From positions 1 to 38,955 of the IMG/VR virus record IMGVR_UViG_3300001528_000417: DNA of 38,955 nucleotides. One strand, given 5' to 3'. Position 1 is the stretch's first letter. Every line of letters starts with the position of its first letter. Below, in pieces: positions 1 through 8,481 of this stretch. This DNA is from a virus. The notes below the pieces were generated by a model. The model was not told where the DNA came from, made no database searches, and saw only the letters and a program-made list of their open reading frames with translations. Position numbers and translations under genes: made by a program.

Positions 1-75
1 TTTGCGTTCGTTTCCCGTATAAGGCTGCGCGCCATTTCAACAGCGGCTTCATACATTCGTTCATAGTCCGCCGTC
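1..75. repeat. Terminal direct repeat, copy 1 (identical to 38881..38955)
   Basis: Base-for-base identity read directly. The minus-strand ORF 38373..38936 continues in frame across the junction to an ATG at 93-95. Confidence 0.9.
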
Positions 76-82
76 TTGCTCT

Positions 83-565
83 CTACTCGTTCCATATCTT
101 TTCTATCTCCTCGTAAAACCGCCGCTTGACCTCTTCCATAACTTCTTCCCTTTTCAAAAACATTGAAGCGACAACGTGCGAATACGGCTCGACTTTACCG
201 ATTTTTCTGCCGAGCGAATCCTTTCCGCCCTTTTTCTTGCCCTTTTTCCCGGGACGTCCGAACTCAACGATAAGAACTCCGATATGCTCGCGGATAACCT
301 CGGTCGGGTAGCCAACATGAACGTGCCAGCCGCTTTTATCCTTGTATGTCCATAATTTCAGCCAGTCGGCGAACTGATGATATTTCGGATTCGGCGCGCT
401 CGCAAGCAGCCTTTTCTGTTCCTCAAGAAAGATCTGCCCCGCCTCGGCGACTACTTCCTTTGCGATACGGTCCTGAACCTTTTTGTCCATTTTGCGGAAT
501 TTCTCCTCAAGCGCCTGTATATCGCGCTGAAATCCGTCCAGTCCCAGATCTATATACCCGCTCAT
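83..565 (-). CDS. HK97 gp10-family head-tail/tail component protein
   Basis: 160 aa. The pattern ...HVHVGYP...IVEFGRPG...VEPYSH is typical of the gp10 family. ATGA overlap with the upstream ORF. Its position after the chaperone is atypical. Confidence 0.65.
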   Translation of the reverse strand: MSGYIDLGLDGFQRDIQALEEKFRKMDKKVQDRIAKEVVAEAGQIFLEEQKRLLASAPNPKYHQFADWLKLWTYKDKSGWHVHVGYPTEVIREHIGVLIVEFGRPGKKGKKKGGKDSLGRKIGKVEPYSHVVASMFLKREEVMEEVKRRFYEEIEKIWNE

Positions 566-1071
566 CAGTCATCATACCTCCGTATCTGTATCGGCGCTTT
601 CCTGTAGCCTTTTATAACCGCGTACCGCTCCCACCGCTCCGTTATTTCCCGAAGCGTCGCGCTCCAGAATTCTTCTTCGGGGCGGTGCATAATATCGCAG
701 TAAAGGCTCAGCATTGTTCCCGCGTTGGCTTTGTTTTCGCTCTTTTCGGTGTTCCCGTTCAGCGCGCTTAGCGGAAGCGCTTCGAGGACCGCGCGCTGTA
801 TAAGCGTTGTTACACTTTCGCTGCCGCCCGACATGAGCGCGTTGGTTATCTCGTCTTTCCGCTCATTTACCCCGAGCGTTTTAAGGCAGTCACGCAGTCC
901 CTCGGAAATGAACACCCGCGCTTTTGCCGCATTTTCGGAAATATCTCTTGTATCAAAGGGGCAAAGCCCCGATTTTTCTATATTTAAAAACGCCCTGTTA
1001 TCAAACCTAAACCAGAGCTTAGCTTCTCCGAACGGAAATTCCGTCCGCTTTTTCTCAATTTCGATAAACAT
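565..1071 (-). CDS. Tail assembly chaperone-like protein (gpG/gpT-like, apparently a single fused ORF)
   Basis: 168 aa immediately downstream of the major tail gene. SD GAGGTAG before the ATG. The call rests mostly on position. Confidence 0.5.
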   Translation of the reverse strand: MFIEIEKKRTEFPFGEAKLWFRFDNRAFLNIEKSGLCPFDTRDISENAAKARVFISEGLRDCLKTLGVNERKDEITNALMSGGSESVTTLIQRAVLEALPLSALNGNTEKSENKANAGTMLSLYCDIMHRPEEEFWSATLREITERWERYAVIKGYRKAPIQIRRYDD

Positions 1072-1092
1072 TTTCTACCTCATATATGTACT

Positions 1093-1120
1093 ATCCCCGC
1101 CGCCGCATTGACGGCGGGAT
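1093..1120 (-). promoter_or_regulatory. GC-rich stem-loop between the major tail and chaperone genes
   Basis: ATCCCGCCG-TCAATG-CGGCGG(C)GGGAT on the minus strand. No U-tract. Possible attenuator or mRNA stabiliser. Confidence 0.4.
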
Positions 1121-1134
1121 AATACAGCCTTGCC

Positions 1135-1791
1135 TTAGCCGCCCTGCTCCTCGCTGTCCGTGGGAGTTGTCGGGTAATGCCCTGCGGGAAGTCCGCCGAG
1201 CGCAGAACCGAACCACGCCGAAATAAGCGCCTTGCCGTCCTCTGTTGTGGGGTCAACACCGCGAAGAACGATAACGTCGTCGCCGTTCTTGATAAGCTGC
1301 TCATAGTCGCCGCTTATCTGAACAGACTGGAATTTCGCGCCGCTGTCGTCGGAAGTTTCAACGTTCTCCGCGCCCTCAGCGAACTTTACTTTCATGATTT
1401 TGTAAAGGTTCTTTGTGCCGTCCGCGCGGTCGGTCGAATATATCGCCATAACTGCGGGAACATAGTCGTCCTTGTTGTTAGTTACGGTCTTTGTGGTCGC
1501 GTCGTAGCTCTTTCCGAAAAGAAGCACCTCGTCCGAATTGTCGAGCGACGGCATTGTTATCTGAAGCTGTCCGCCCGCCTTTGCGACATAGCTTGCGACC
1601 GCCTGACCGCTTGCGTACATTTTGCTGCTGTTCATCTTCGGCGTGCGGCTTACCGAAATAGAAGCCTTGCTTATTTCAACAACGTCGCCATATGTGAGCG
1701 TGGAATCCGTGTCCGCCGCAAGCGGCGCGAATGCGAGGCGGTCGGTGCTGACCGACGGCGCTCTCGAAGTGTTTACAACTGTGTCTGCCAT
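1135..1791 (-). CDS. Major tail protein (phi13/TP901-like)
   Basis: 218 aa. Strong SD AAGGAGG. Sequence and position fit a siphovirus tail tube protein. Confidence 0.75.
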   Translation of the reverse strand: MADTVVNTSRAPSVSTDRLAFAPLAADTDSTLTYGDVVEISKASISVSRTPKMNSSKMYASGQAVASYVAKAGGQLQITMPSLDNSDEVLLFGKSYDATTKTVTNNKDDYVPAVMAIYSTDRADGTKNLYKIMKVKFAEGAENVETSDDSGAKFQSVQISGDYEQLIKNGDDVIVLRGVDPTTEDGKALISAWFGSALGGLPAGHYPTTPTDSEEQGG

Positions 1792-1794
1792 TTG

Positions 1795-2145
1795 TTATTC
1801 CTCCTTGTAGTAATTGCGGATAAAATCCATTACATAGTGCTTTTTGCAGGGGTACGGCGTGACCGTTCCCGCGTCCGTTCCGCTCTGATACTCATATCCG
1901 TGCGCGGCAAGCGTTTCGGCGATCTTCCGATAAAGCTCCCCGTCCGCCGAGGGGCTGAACACCGATACCGCCGCCCAAACGCTGAGCGCCTGCGGCTTTC
2001 CTGAAGCGTAGAAAACGGGCTTTTCGTGAAGCGTGTACGAGATATATTTCTCGGGTTCGTCGCTTTCGGAAAATTCGGGCATTCCGTGATAGTAAGGAAG
2101 TCCCGCCGCTTCGAGCGCCTCGTCAATATCCTTGTATACGTCCAT
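1795..2145 (-). CDS. Hypothetical head-tail joining / tail completion protein
   Basis: 116 aa. SD GGGGGT. Lies between the head-closure and major tail genes. Function inferred from position only. Confidence 0.4.
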   Translation of the reverse strand: MDVYKDIDEALEAAGLPYYHGMPEFSESDEPEKYISYTLHEKPVFYASGKPQALSVWAAVSVFSPSADGELYRKIAETLAAHGYEYQSGTDAGTVTPYPCKKHYVMDFIRNYYKEE

Positions 2146-2147
2146 AT

Positions 2148-2438
2148 TTACCCCCTAGAAAGTATCAGCTTTATGTGCAGGTCGTTATCGGTCCTGCCCG
2201 TGCTGCTGATTTTGTATTTCACGCCGCCATATTCGGCGTGGGTCTGTCTGCCGTATTCGCGGCGGTACATTACGGCTTGAAGCTCGGCGGAAACTCCCGC
2301 CGCCGCGGCAGCGTATTTTGTGGTAACTCCCATATCGGTCACCTCTGCCCATACGCGGGCTGCGTCCTGCTCTGTCGGCGGCGAAGTGCCTTTCCCGCTG
2401 ATTAGTGTGAAAAGCCGTAAACGGTTCTTGAATGCCAC
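2148..2438 (-). CDS. Head closure / head-tail adaptor protein (SPP1 gp16-like)
   Basis: Start moved to a GTG preceded by AGGAGG plus a 6-nt spacer (MAFKNRLRLF...). Family resemblance and position. Confidence 0.6.
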   Translation of the reverse strand: MAFKNRLRLFTLISGKGTSPPTEQDAARVWAEVTDMGVTTKYAAAAAGVSAELQAVMYRREYGRQTHAEYGGVKYKISSTGRTDNDLHIKLILSRG

Positions 2439-2448
2439 GGCGCACCTC

Positions 2449-2742
2449 CTACGCAAGCAAATTGCGGCTGTGCATATCGAGTATCTGCCGTGCCGTCGGG
2501 TTGAGCGTGTCGCGGCTGACCGTCATGCTGCGGTTGTTGTACATATCGTCAATGATACAGCAGCACGCAACGGTCATATCCTCGTGTTCGTCGAGCGTTT
2601 CCGCAGAAATTCCCGTATACCCGAGGATAAACGCCGTCGCGGCTGCCTTGTACATATCGACCAGCTTTGCGGTTTCTTCCGATTCATCGGAGATGCCGCT
2701 GTGCGCTCTGATAATATCAGCCGTCAGTTCGCTCAGCTTCAT
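2449..2742 (-). CDS. gp6-like head-tail connector protein
   Basis: 97 aa. The N-terminus MKLSELTADIIRAHSGISDESEE... is typical of gp6-like connectors. Lies downstream of the capsid gene. Confidence 0.65.
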   Translation of the reverse strand: MKLSELTADIIRAHSGISDESEETAKLVDMYKAAATAFILGYTGISAETLDEHEDMTVACCCIIDDMYNNRSMTVSRDTLNPTARQILDMHSRNLLA

Positions 2743-2950
2743 TTTTCTTACCCCTTGCGGACTTTTTTACAGGCTTCGCCGCTTCCTTTTCGGGTTCGGC
2801 TGCCGCTTCCTGCGCGACTTCCTCGGCGGGGACGATATGCCCCGCTTTCACAAGGTCAGCCGCAACATTTTCGTCCGATATTTCGAGAACTTCCCCCATT
2901 CTCGCCGAAACGGGAACACCGCAGAAGCTCGTTACTGCTCTATACTTCAT
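2717..2950 (-). CDS. Small hypothetical protein following the capsid gene
   Basis: 77 aa. SD GGAAAGGAG. Ala/Glu/Lys-rich C-terminus. Confidence 0.5.
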   Translation of the reverse strand: MKYRAVTSFCGVPVSARMGEVLEISDENVAADLVKAGHIVPAEEVAQEAAAEPEKEAAKPVKKSARGKKNEAERTDG

Positions 2951-2965
2951 GTGAAGCTCCTTTCC

Positions 2966-4129
2966 TTAGCCGCTTGCCGCCATTTTAAGAACGGCGAGGC
3001 GCTGCGCGTCCATTATCTTGCTGTCAAGCTCGATCCAGCCCACGATACCTACCGCGTGCTGCGTTGCGTACTTTTCCTTGAGGACTTCGATAGAAAGTTC
3101 CTCGCGGATATTTACCGCAAGTCCGCTGTAATCGCCGTAAAGGATAGGCTTTGCGTCCGCCGCGATTTCGGGCATATTGTCCGAGATATACACGGGCTTT
3201 CCGAGCAGACGATACGGGAATTCCTGCGTTACGTCGTCCTGGAGCAGGTATCTGTTATTGCTGTCCTTGAGCGTCTTTATCGCCGTGAAAGTCTTTGCGC
3301 TCATTGTCCAGCAAGCGTTGTGCTGATATGCCTGCTTAATGCTTGCCTGGAGCTTGATAAGCTCGTCGGTTGTTATCGCGGTTTTCGCTGCGGCTGTAAT
3401 GCCCGTTCCCGTAGAAAGCGCGCCCGTGCATTTGCTTGTCGTGCCGTTGAGCAGTTCCTTTTCGATGAAAATAGCGAACTTCTCCGCCATTACGTCGGTG
3501 ACAAATGAAACGAGCTGAACGTCCGCGCTGTTGAGCAGGGTCTTTCCGATGAGCGTGAGCGAACCGACAAGGTAGCCCGTAAGGTCAACCGAGGTAAATT
3601 CACCCGCGTTCGCGGTAAGCTCCGTAAAGTCGGAAGAATAGCCGACTGTCACGTCGTTGCTGTGGGTCGCGTCGGGACCGTATACGGGTATCTTGAGCGT
3701 TCCCTTTACATGGAAAATCGTCGCGCCGCTGAGAATGGGGCAAAGGTCGGTCGCCTTTTTTATCACCATCTGCGCGATAGTTGTCGGAACGATTGCCCCG
3801 TTCGCGCTCATAGTGAAGTTCTGTTCGTTCGCGCGTGTTTCGGGTGCTTTAAGCGTGCGGATATACTGCGCAAACTCTCTGATTTCCGATTCCTCGGTCG
3901 TTTCCTTTTTGGGTTCAGCTGCCGCCGCAGCGGGGACAGGTTCGGTAAAATCGCGCATTTCGCTGAGAGAAGCGAGCGTATCGTTGATACTTACGATTTC
4001 CGCCTTGATTTCGTCATAGCGCTTCTTCTCGTCCTCGTTAAAGGCACGTTCCTCCGTCTGGATTGTTGCCGTGAGCTTACCGAGTTCAGCGACAAGCTCG
4101 TTCTTTCTTTCCGTTAATTTCTTGTGCAT
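2966..4129 (-). CDS. Major capsid protein, HK97 family
   Basis: 387 aa. N-terminal coiled-coil delta-like region followed by an HK97-like body. Directly follows the prohead protease. SD AAAGGAG. Confidence 0.85.
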   Translation of the reverse strand: MHKKLTERKNELVAELGKLTATIQTEERAFNEDEKKRYDEIKAEIVSINDTLASLSEMRDFTEPVPAAAAAEPKKETTEESEIREFAQYIRTLKAPETRANEQNFTMSANGAIVPTTIAQMVIKKATDLCPILSGATIFHVKGTLKIPVYGPDATHSNDVTVGYSSDFTELTANAGEFTSVDLTGYLVGSLTLIGKTLLNSADVQLVSFVTDVMAEKFAIFIEKELLNGTTSKCTGALSTGTGITAAAKTAITTDELIKLQASIKQAYQHNACWTMSAKTFTAIKTLKDSNNRYLLQDDVTQEFPYRLLGKPVYISDNMPEIAADAKPILYGDYSGLAVNIREELSIEVLKEKYATQHAVGIVGWIELDSKIMDAQRLAVLKMAASG

Positions 4130-4141
4130 ATGTTACTCCTT

Positions 4142-4753
4142 TCATAAGGCAAGAATTTCTGCCTCGTGTTTGTAAAATTCCCAGGGTCTTTTTTTCTCGG
4201 ACGGTTCATTTCCGTCGGGCGCTTCGCCCTCGGGGTCAACTCCGCTGCGCAGTTCAAGGACCTCGCTTTCCTCGCCGCGAAACTCCACGGACGCGACCGA
4301 CGTTCCGATATATGCGGGCGTTTTGTCGAGTATCGACACTTCGCGCAGGTCGATTTCTTCGAGATTGCGGCGGCTGGTGTTCGGGTTGACTTCCTCCCAT
4401 GTGTCGCGCTTTCCGAAGAAGCCGAAGCTCCACCCGCGAAGCTCGCCGCGCCCCGCCTTGTCCGCAACTTCCGCGTCGCGGATAACCGCCCTTGCCCAAA
4501 GCCCGACACCGTCCTCATGCAGCTCAAGCGCGCCGTCTTTCGTGCTTCCGAGGATACGGCGGTGGTTGAACCGCAGCTCTATGTTGTCGTTTTTCTTCAG
4601 CGCTGCCGCGAACGTCCCGGGTCGGATACGTTCATAGAACGGCTTTGTCGCTTCCGAACACATTGACGGAGGAAGGCAGCGGCTGTCGCGGTCTACCGCG
4701 TTGACATACCCGCTTATGACGACCTCGCCCGCGCTCCTCACTTCGATTTTCAT
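4142..4753 (-). CDS. Prohead maturation protease, HK97 family
   Basis: Start set to ATG 4753 (MKIEVRSAG...) with SD GGGGGTGA. The longer track ORF runs into the repeat element. Family resemblance and position. Confidence 0.8.
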   Translation of the reverse strand: MKIEVRSAGEVVISGYVNAVDRDSRCLPPSMCSEATKPFYERIRPGTFAAALKKNDNIELRFNHRRILGSTKDGALELHEDGVGLWARAVIRDAEVADKAGRGELRGWSFGFFGKRDTWEEVNPNTSRRNLEEIDLREVSILDKTPAYIGTSVASVEFRGEESEVLELRSGVDPEGEAPDGNEPSEKKRPWEFYKHEAEILAL

Positions 4754-4771
4754 TTCATCACCCCCTTTCAA

Positions 4772-4829
4772 GGCATAAAAATAGCGCCTTGCACGCGAAT
4801 GCAAAACGCTGAATTTATTAAATTTTTGC
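4772..4829 (-). repeat. Conserved hairpin/U-tract/RBS element, copy A (hairpin 4783..4810)
   Basis: Minus strand reads AGCGTTTTGCA-TTCGCG-TGCAAGGCGCT followed by ATTTTTATG. Homologous to copies B-E. Confidence 0.8.
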
Positions 4830-4835
4830 ATAAGA

Positions 4836-4859
4836 AAACCGCCTTTTTACGGGCGGTTT
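4836..4859 (-). terminator. Rho-independent terminator after the DUF4926-like gene
   Basis: Minus strand reads AAACCGCC-CGTAAAAA-GGCGGTTT followed by TCTTATGC. Confidence 0.7.
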
Positions 4860-5016
4860 AGTCTATTACGTTCTCAATTTCTGACGAAGAAATCAATTCA
4901 GTTATATAATCTCCGCCAATATCAATGTCAACGACATAATCATCGCCAATGAGGTCAACCACAGAACCTTTTCGCCCGTCTTTAAGCAAAACAGTATCAT
5001 AAAGTTTAATTATCAT
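4858..5016 (-). CDS. DUF4926-like small protein (candidate antitoxin/immunity partner)
   Basis: 52 aa, not in the ORF track: MIIKLYDTVLLKDGRKGSVVDLIGDDYVVDIDIGGDYITELISSSEIENVID. Overlaps the upstream gene by 11 nt. Followed by a terminator. Confidence 0.6.
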   Translation of the reverse strand: MIIKLYDTVLLKDGRKGSVVDLIGDDYVVDIDIGGDYITELISSSEIENVID

Positions 5017-5602
5017 CGTTCCTCGTCACCTTCTTCTTTGTCACATATGCGCTTGTAAGCCGCGGTTCAGTCTTGCCATTCTCAATTATCCAGCTAGTGC
5101 AAACGTTAGCCTGCTTGCCATTAGCACCAGTCAGGCACATTACATATTCATAAAGCTGACCGTGGTCATTTGAACCTTTTAGTTTTAACTCGCTTTCATC
5201 AAGGTTTACAGAGATGTTGTCGATAAGTTCTTGATAATTGTCCATTGTATATCCCAAGGCTTCACGAAAAGCGCGTGCTTTGTCAGGCTGTCTCAATGGA
5301 TCAAGAGCATATTTTGTGAACTTCTCTTTCTTAATTTCAGCAAAATACTGCAAACTTATTTTTACCGGCTGTTTTTTATCTATTATACCACTTCCGCCCG
5401 AAATGTCAACCCCGTTTCCACTCGTAAACCGTCCATTTTTGGGGTCGTGGTTCGGGTTAAAGCGGAGTTCTTCCGCCTGCTCTTGCAGCTCCCTTATCTC
5501 CGCTTCAAGCCTGCGTATTTCCTCGTCCTTGCTGTTTGCTTCCAGTATCAAAGAACGCGCAAATTCCGCCGCGCATTCGTACATTGTTTTGTAATCCGTC
5601 AT
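5006..5602 (-). CDS. Cassette protein X1: conserved N-terminal module plus DUF6883-like C-terminal domain
   Basis: 198 aa. The N-terminus is shared with X2 and X3. The C-terminus KFTKYALDP..PDKARAFREALGYT...GQLYEYVM..TSWIIENGKTEPRLTSAYV matches the DUF6883 pattern. ATGA overlap with terS. Confidence 0.7.
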   Translation of the reverse strand: MTDYKTMYECAAEFARSLILEANSKDEEIRRLEAEIRELQEQAEELRFNPNHDPKNGRFTSGNGVDISGGSGIIDKKQPVKISLQYFAEIKKEKFTKYALDPLRQPDKARAFREALGYTMDNYQELIDNISVNLDESELKLKGSNDHGQLYEYVMCLTGANGKQANVCTSWIIENGKTEPRLTSAYVTKKKVTRNDDN

Positions 5603-6171
5603 GTTTCTTCCTCATCTTCCCCGCCCGAGAGCAGAGCTATAAGCGGGTTTTCTGCCGCCTTTGACGGTTCTTTCGGAATGGTTCTAAGCGCCGCCGAAAC
5701 CGTCATGCAGTTCTCTTTTTCAATGTCAAACATCATCTTTCGCTTCTGCATTATTGCGCTGTCATACCCCACTATTGCCTTGTGCAATGCCGTAAGCTGC
5801 TTTGAAAATGCTATAATCTCATCAAATTCCATACCGTCAAGCTCGGCAAATTTCTTCTCAAGCGCGTCGGCGGTTTCGTACAACATTTTCTGCTTATCCT
5901 CAAAGTCCAGACACTCCGAATAGATCATGCAGTATCGGTTTATCACAGGTCCGTACAGCGCATCATTCTTCCCGATAGCTTTCATCAACTTGTTCAGCCG
6001 CAGAAACTCCCTATGCGCGACCTTGTGCGCCTTTACCTCGCCTCGCTCGAACAATTCCGCCCCGCTGAGCATTGCCTTTTCTCCGTCGGCTCGCACCGCA
6101 AGTTCCGCCTTTGTCCTATGCGATTTCTTCTCCTCTGTAATGACTGCCACAGGCTTTGACGGTCTCCCCAT
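5599..6171 (-). CDS. terS: Terminase small subunit, P27 family
   Basis: 190 aa. The MGRPSKP... N-terminus and HNH neighbour are typical of P27-type TerS. SD GGGGGTGAGG. Confidence 0.75.
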   Translation of the reverse strand: MGRPSKPVAVITEEKKSHRTKAELAVRADGEKAMLSGAELFERGEVKAHKVAHREFLRLNKLMKAIGKNDALYGPVINRYCMIYSECLDFEDKQKMLYETADALEKKFAELDGMEFDEIIAFSKQLTALHKAIVGYDSAIMQKRKMMFDIEKENCMTVSAALRTIPKEPSKAAENPLIALLSGGEDEEET

Positions 6172-6214
6172 TTCCTCACCCCCTACTTTCCAATCTCATT
6201 TTGGGAATATTTTG

Positions 6215-6234
6215 TCTACAGCCATGGCTGTAGA
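6215..6234. repeat. Perfect 20-bp palindrome in the HNH-terS intergenic region (candidate packaging/cos-associated site)
   Basis: TCTACAGCCATGGCTGTAGA, followed by the GC-rich tract CCGCCCTCAACCCCGCGGGAGGTAGGGGGG. Confidence 0.4.
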
Positions 6235-6303
6235 TGTCGCCCGAATCCGCCCTCAACCCCGCGGGAGGTAGGGGGGATACGAAATATAAATTTTATTATA
6301 AAT

Positions 6304-6705
6304 TCAAATTATGCTAATTCCCGCACCGTTTTCCTGTTCGGCGGCAATATCCAGCAGTTCCCGCGCAGGTATTCGACCGCGTTCGGCAAGCTCGTGGTGA
6401 TAGCGACAAAGTGTGATAAGGTTGCTATTGTCAAGCCGCCTGTCGAAGTCTGTCGCAAGTGAAATAATGTGATGAACGGACAGATCGCGGCTGTTGAACT
6501 TTTTGCGGGAATTGTACAGACCCCGCACGCACACCTGACACAAATTCATATCGCGCTCGCGTATCTCGTCCGCCTTGCGCTTCCAGATCTGACGGTTACG
6601 GAACGCATACGCTATGCTGTCCGACCTCGCCTGTGCTGCGCCGCAGGCTGTACAGATATAGTTTCTGTCGTGTATCTTTCCACACTTGCCGCACGCTTTT
6701 TTCAT
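6304..6705 (-). CDS. HNH endonuclease (packaging-associated)
   Basis: 133 aa. CxxC...CxxC plus the HHIISL...N..TLC..HH motif. Lies immediately upstream of terS. Confidence 0.85.
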   Translation of the reverse strand: MKKACGKCGKIHDRNYICTACGAAQARSDSIAYAFRNRQIWKRKADEIRERDMNLCQVCVRGLYNSRKKFNSRDLSVHHIISLATDFDRRLDNSNLITLCRYHHELAERGRIPARELLDIAAEQENGAGISII

Positions 6706-6728
6706 ACTTCACCCCGCAAATAAAAAAT

Positions 6729-6753
6729 CGCTGTGCATTGCTGCATAACGCTT
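6729..6753 (-). repeat. Conserved hairpin/U-tract/RBS element, diverged copy E
   Basis: Minus strand reads AAGCGTTATGCA-GCAA-TGCACAGCGATTTTTTATTTGCGGGGTGAAGTATG. Lies directly before the first late gene. Confidence 0.6.
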
Positions 6754-6811
6754 GAATGTGTTTTCCGCTTTTTTCACTATATCAATTATAGCACATTTAT
6801 CGGCGTTTGTG

Positions 6812-7225
6812 TTATCCATTTTCTTCAAAATCTTTTATGCACTTAAGCGTGTAGAAGAACTTGCGGCGGAGTTCGTAGAACTGCTGACGTCCGACGGGAA
6901 CGTTCCCTAACCTCTCATACGGTGCGTCTGAGCGCGTGACGTTACGCAGTATGTATTTTGCGGTAAGCGGATCCGCTATCATAAGCGCAGCCTGTTCTAT
7001 GAGCTTGCAATCCCTATTCAGCTTGTCAGCGCGCAGCGCGCGGTTCTCAGTAGGTCGCCCCGAGCAATTAGACGCGCTGTGAATTCCGTCATAGCTGACC
7101 GCATTTACAGAATAACAACTGTCAGCTTTGGCTTTCTTCGCTTCATATTGTCGGCAGAAATGAAGCAGTTCAAGATATTCCTCCTTGTCGATTGTGTAAT
7201 TGCGGTAATTTTTTGTGTTGCTCAT
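6812..7225 (-). CDS. Late transcriptional regulator (RinA/ArpU/sigma-70 region-4-like)
   Basis: 137 aa. Position just upstream of HNH and terS, and the C-terminal ...VPVGRQQFYELRRKFFYTL pattern. Confidence 0.5.
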   Translation of the reverse strand: MSNTKNYRNYTIDKEEYLELLHFCRQYEAKKAKADSCYSVNAVSYDGIHSASNCSGRPTENRALRADKLNRDCKLIEQAALMIADPLTAKYILRNVTRSDAPYERLGNVPVGRQQFYELRRKFFYTLKCIKDFEENG

Positions 7226-7234
7226 ATTTCCTCC

Positions 7235-7384
7235 CTAAAAAGTCACCGTATAATTAAGCACAGCAGCGGCAATCCAATACACGCCGCGCTTTGTATCGCC
7301 TTTGACAAAATACATGATTGCCGCTACTATATCAATCAAGATAAGCAGTAACGGGAAAATGTGTTCGGGTTTGATTTTACTCAC
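7235..7384 (-). CDS. Possible small two-helix membrane protein
   Basis: 49 codons from a GTG: MSKIKPEHIFPLLLILIDIVAAIMYFVKGDTKRGVYWIAAAVLNYTVTF. RBS spacing is poor. Not in the ORF track. Confidence 0.3.
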   Translation of the reverse strand: MSKIKPEHIFPLLLILIDIVAAIMYFVKGDTKRGVYWIAAAVLNYTVTF

Positions 7385-7952
7385 CTTCTATCTCGCTCTC
7401 CTCTCTCCCCGCCATATTGCCATTTGCAATACGCAGCAGGCTGCAAAGCTCCTCGTACTTTGAAAGCGTAAGATCGCCTATCCCCCATGTGCGCACGGGC
7501 ATGATTGCCGCTATCATGTACAAGCCTTTTTTCACCGCGATATACGGATTTTCGCCGCTGTATCGCAGGTAATAGCTCAATTCGCCCTCACCGTAATGAG
7601 AATACACGGGGACAAGATAGGCGGCGTTGACGAGAAGCGCGCCTATCGAGGTGTAGAACGTTGCACATTCCTCGTCGTTAATGAGCAGGGTCGGTCCAAA
7701 TCGTTCGATAAGCTGTTCGCGCGGGTCGGTGTCTGCAAAATTCATATCTTCCGCAATCCATTCCGTCACGTTTATGTTATCATTCTCCTGAAAGCTCAGG
7801 AACGTAAGCAGTTCCTTTGGCGTCATTTGGGGCATTCCCAACACGGGATAGGCGGCGCAGCCGTCGCTTATCCACTGTTCAAAGCCTTTGCGGTTGTGTA
7901 TCGCAAGGTGCTTGCTTTTCTTGATAAATGCAGCTATTTTAGAATATTTCAT
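7377..7952 (-). CDS. Hypothetical protein
   Basis: 191 aa. SD AGAAAGGA. No recognisable family. Confidence 0.6.
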   Translation of the reverse strand: MKYSKIAAFIKKSKHLAIHNRKGFEQWISDGCAAYPVLGMPQMTPKELLTFLSFQENDNINVTEWIAEDMNFADTDPREQLIERFGPTLLINDEECATFYTSIGALLVNAAYLVPVYSHYGEGELSYYLRYSGENPYIAVKKGLYMIAAIMPVRTWGIGDLTLSKYEELCSLLRIANGNMAGREESEIEGE

Positions 7953-7974
7953 GCTATTTCCTTTCTACGGCGTG

Positions 7975-8232
7975 TTAATGCCAGTCGAGCGCTTGCCCGC
8001 AACTGCCACATATGTTTATTTCACTAAAATCATTTACAGGCATTCCGCAACACGGACATTCGCCATAATCTCCATCGTGCTCCGCCGTTATGTTGAGCGG
8101 CTTTTTCGGTATCTGTTTTTCAAGCGCTTCAATAGCCATATCATAAGCCTTTTCAATATCCTCAAAGGATTCACCGTCATTAGGTATGCTTGATTTCCTG
8201 CTTATGATTTCTATTGCTTCTGCTACTTTCAC
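7975..8232 (-). CDS. Hypothetical zinc-ribbon protein
   Basis: 85 aa. CPCCG...CGSCG motif. GTG start after AGGAG. Confidence 0.55.
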   Translation of the reverse strand: MKVAEAIEIISRKSSIPNDGESFEDIEKAYDMAIEALEKQIPKKPLNITAEHDGDYGECPCCGMPVNDFSEINICGSCGQALDWH

Positions 8233-8243
8233 TTCGGTACTCC

Positions 8244-8468
8244 TTAAATTTCATATTCTTTCGCTACGGCTTCTGCCGCCTCGACATATCCCGTGTCGAG
8301 CAGGAACCGCACAATCTCCTCGGCGATAAACTGCCTTGTGGAATAGTCCTTAATCTCCGCGAGCTTATGCTCAATAGCGTCCCTCCGTATCGTCAGCGCG
8401 TCGATTATACCGTTCAGCTCGGCTCTCCGCTGTTGCAGTTTAAGTGTCTCAACGTCTTTTCTTATCAT
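8244..8468 (-). CDS. Hypothetical protein
   Basis: 74 aa. SD GAGGTAA. Confidence 0.55.
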   Translation of the reverse strand: MIRKDVETLKLQQRRAELNGIIDALTIRRDAIEHKLAEIKDYSTRQFIAEEIVRFLLDTGYVEAAEAVAKEYEI

Positions 8469-8481
8469 GATTTTACCTCAA

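Noticed and set aside
1-75. Interpreting the 75-bp terminal repeat as a genuine direct terminal repeat of the virion DNA
   Set aside because: It falls inside a coding sequence. The HNH plus P27-type TerS combination points to cos packaging, with termini expected near 6.2 kb. An assembler overlap of a circular molecule is more likely, although only read-end analysis can settle it.
565-1071. Programmed -1 frameshift (gpG/gpGT) in the tail chaperone gene
   Set aside because: The chaperone region reads as one continuous 168-aa ORF. I found no convincing XXXYYYZ slippery heptamer or overlapping downstream frame.
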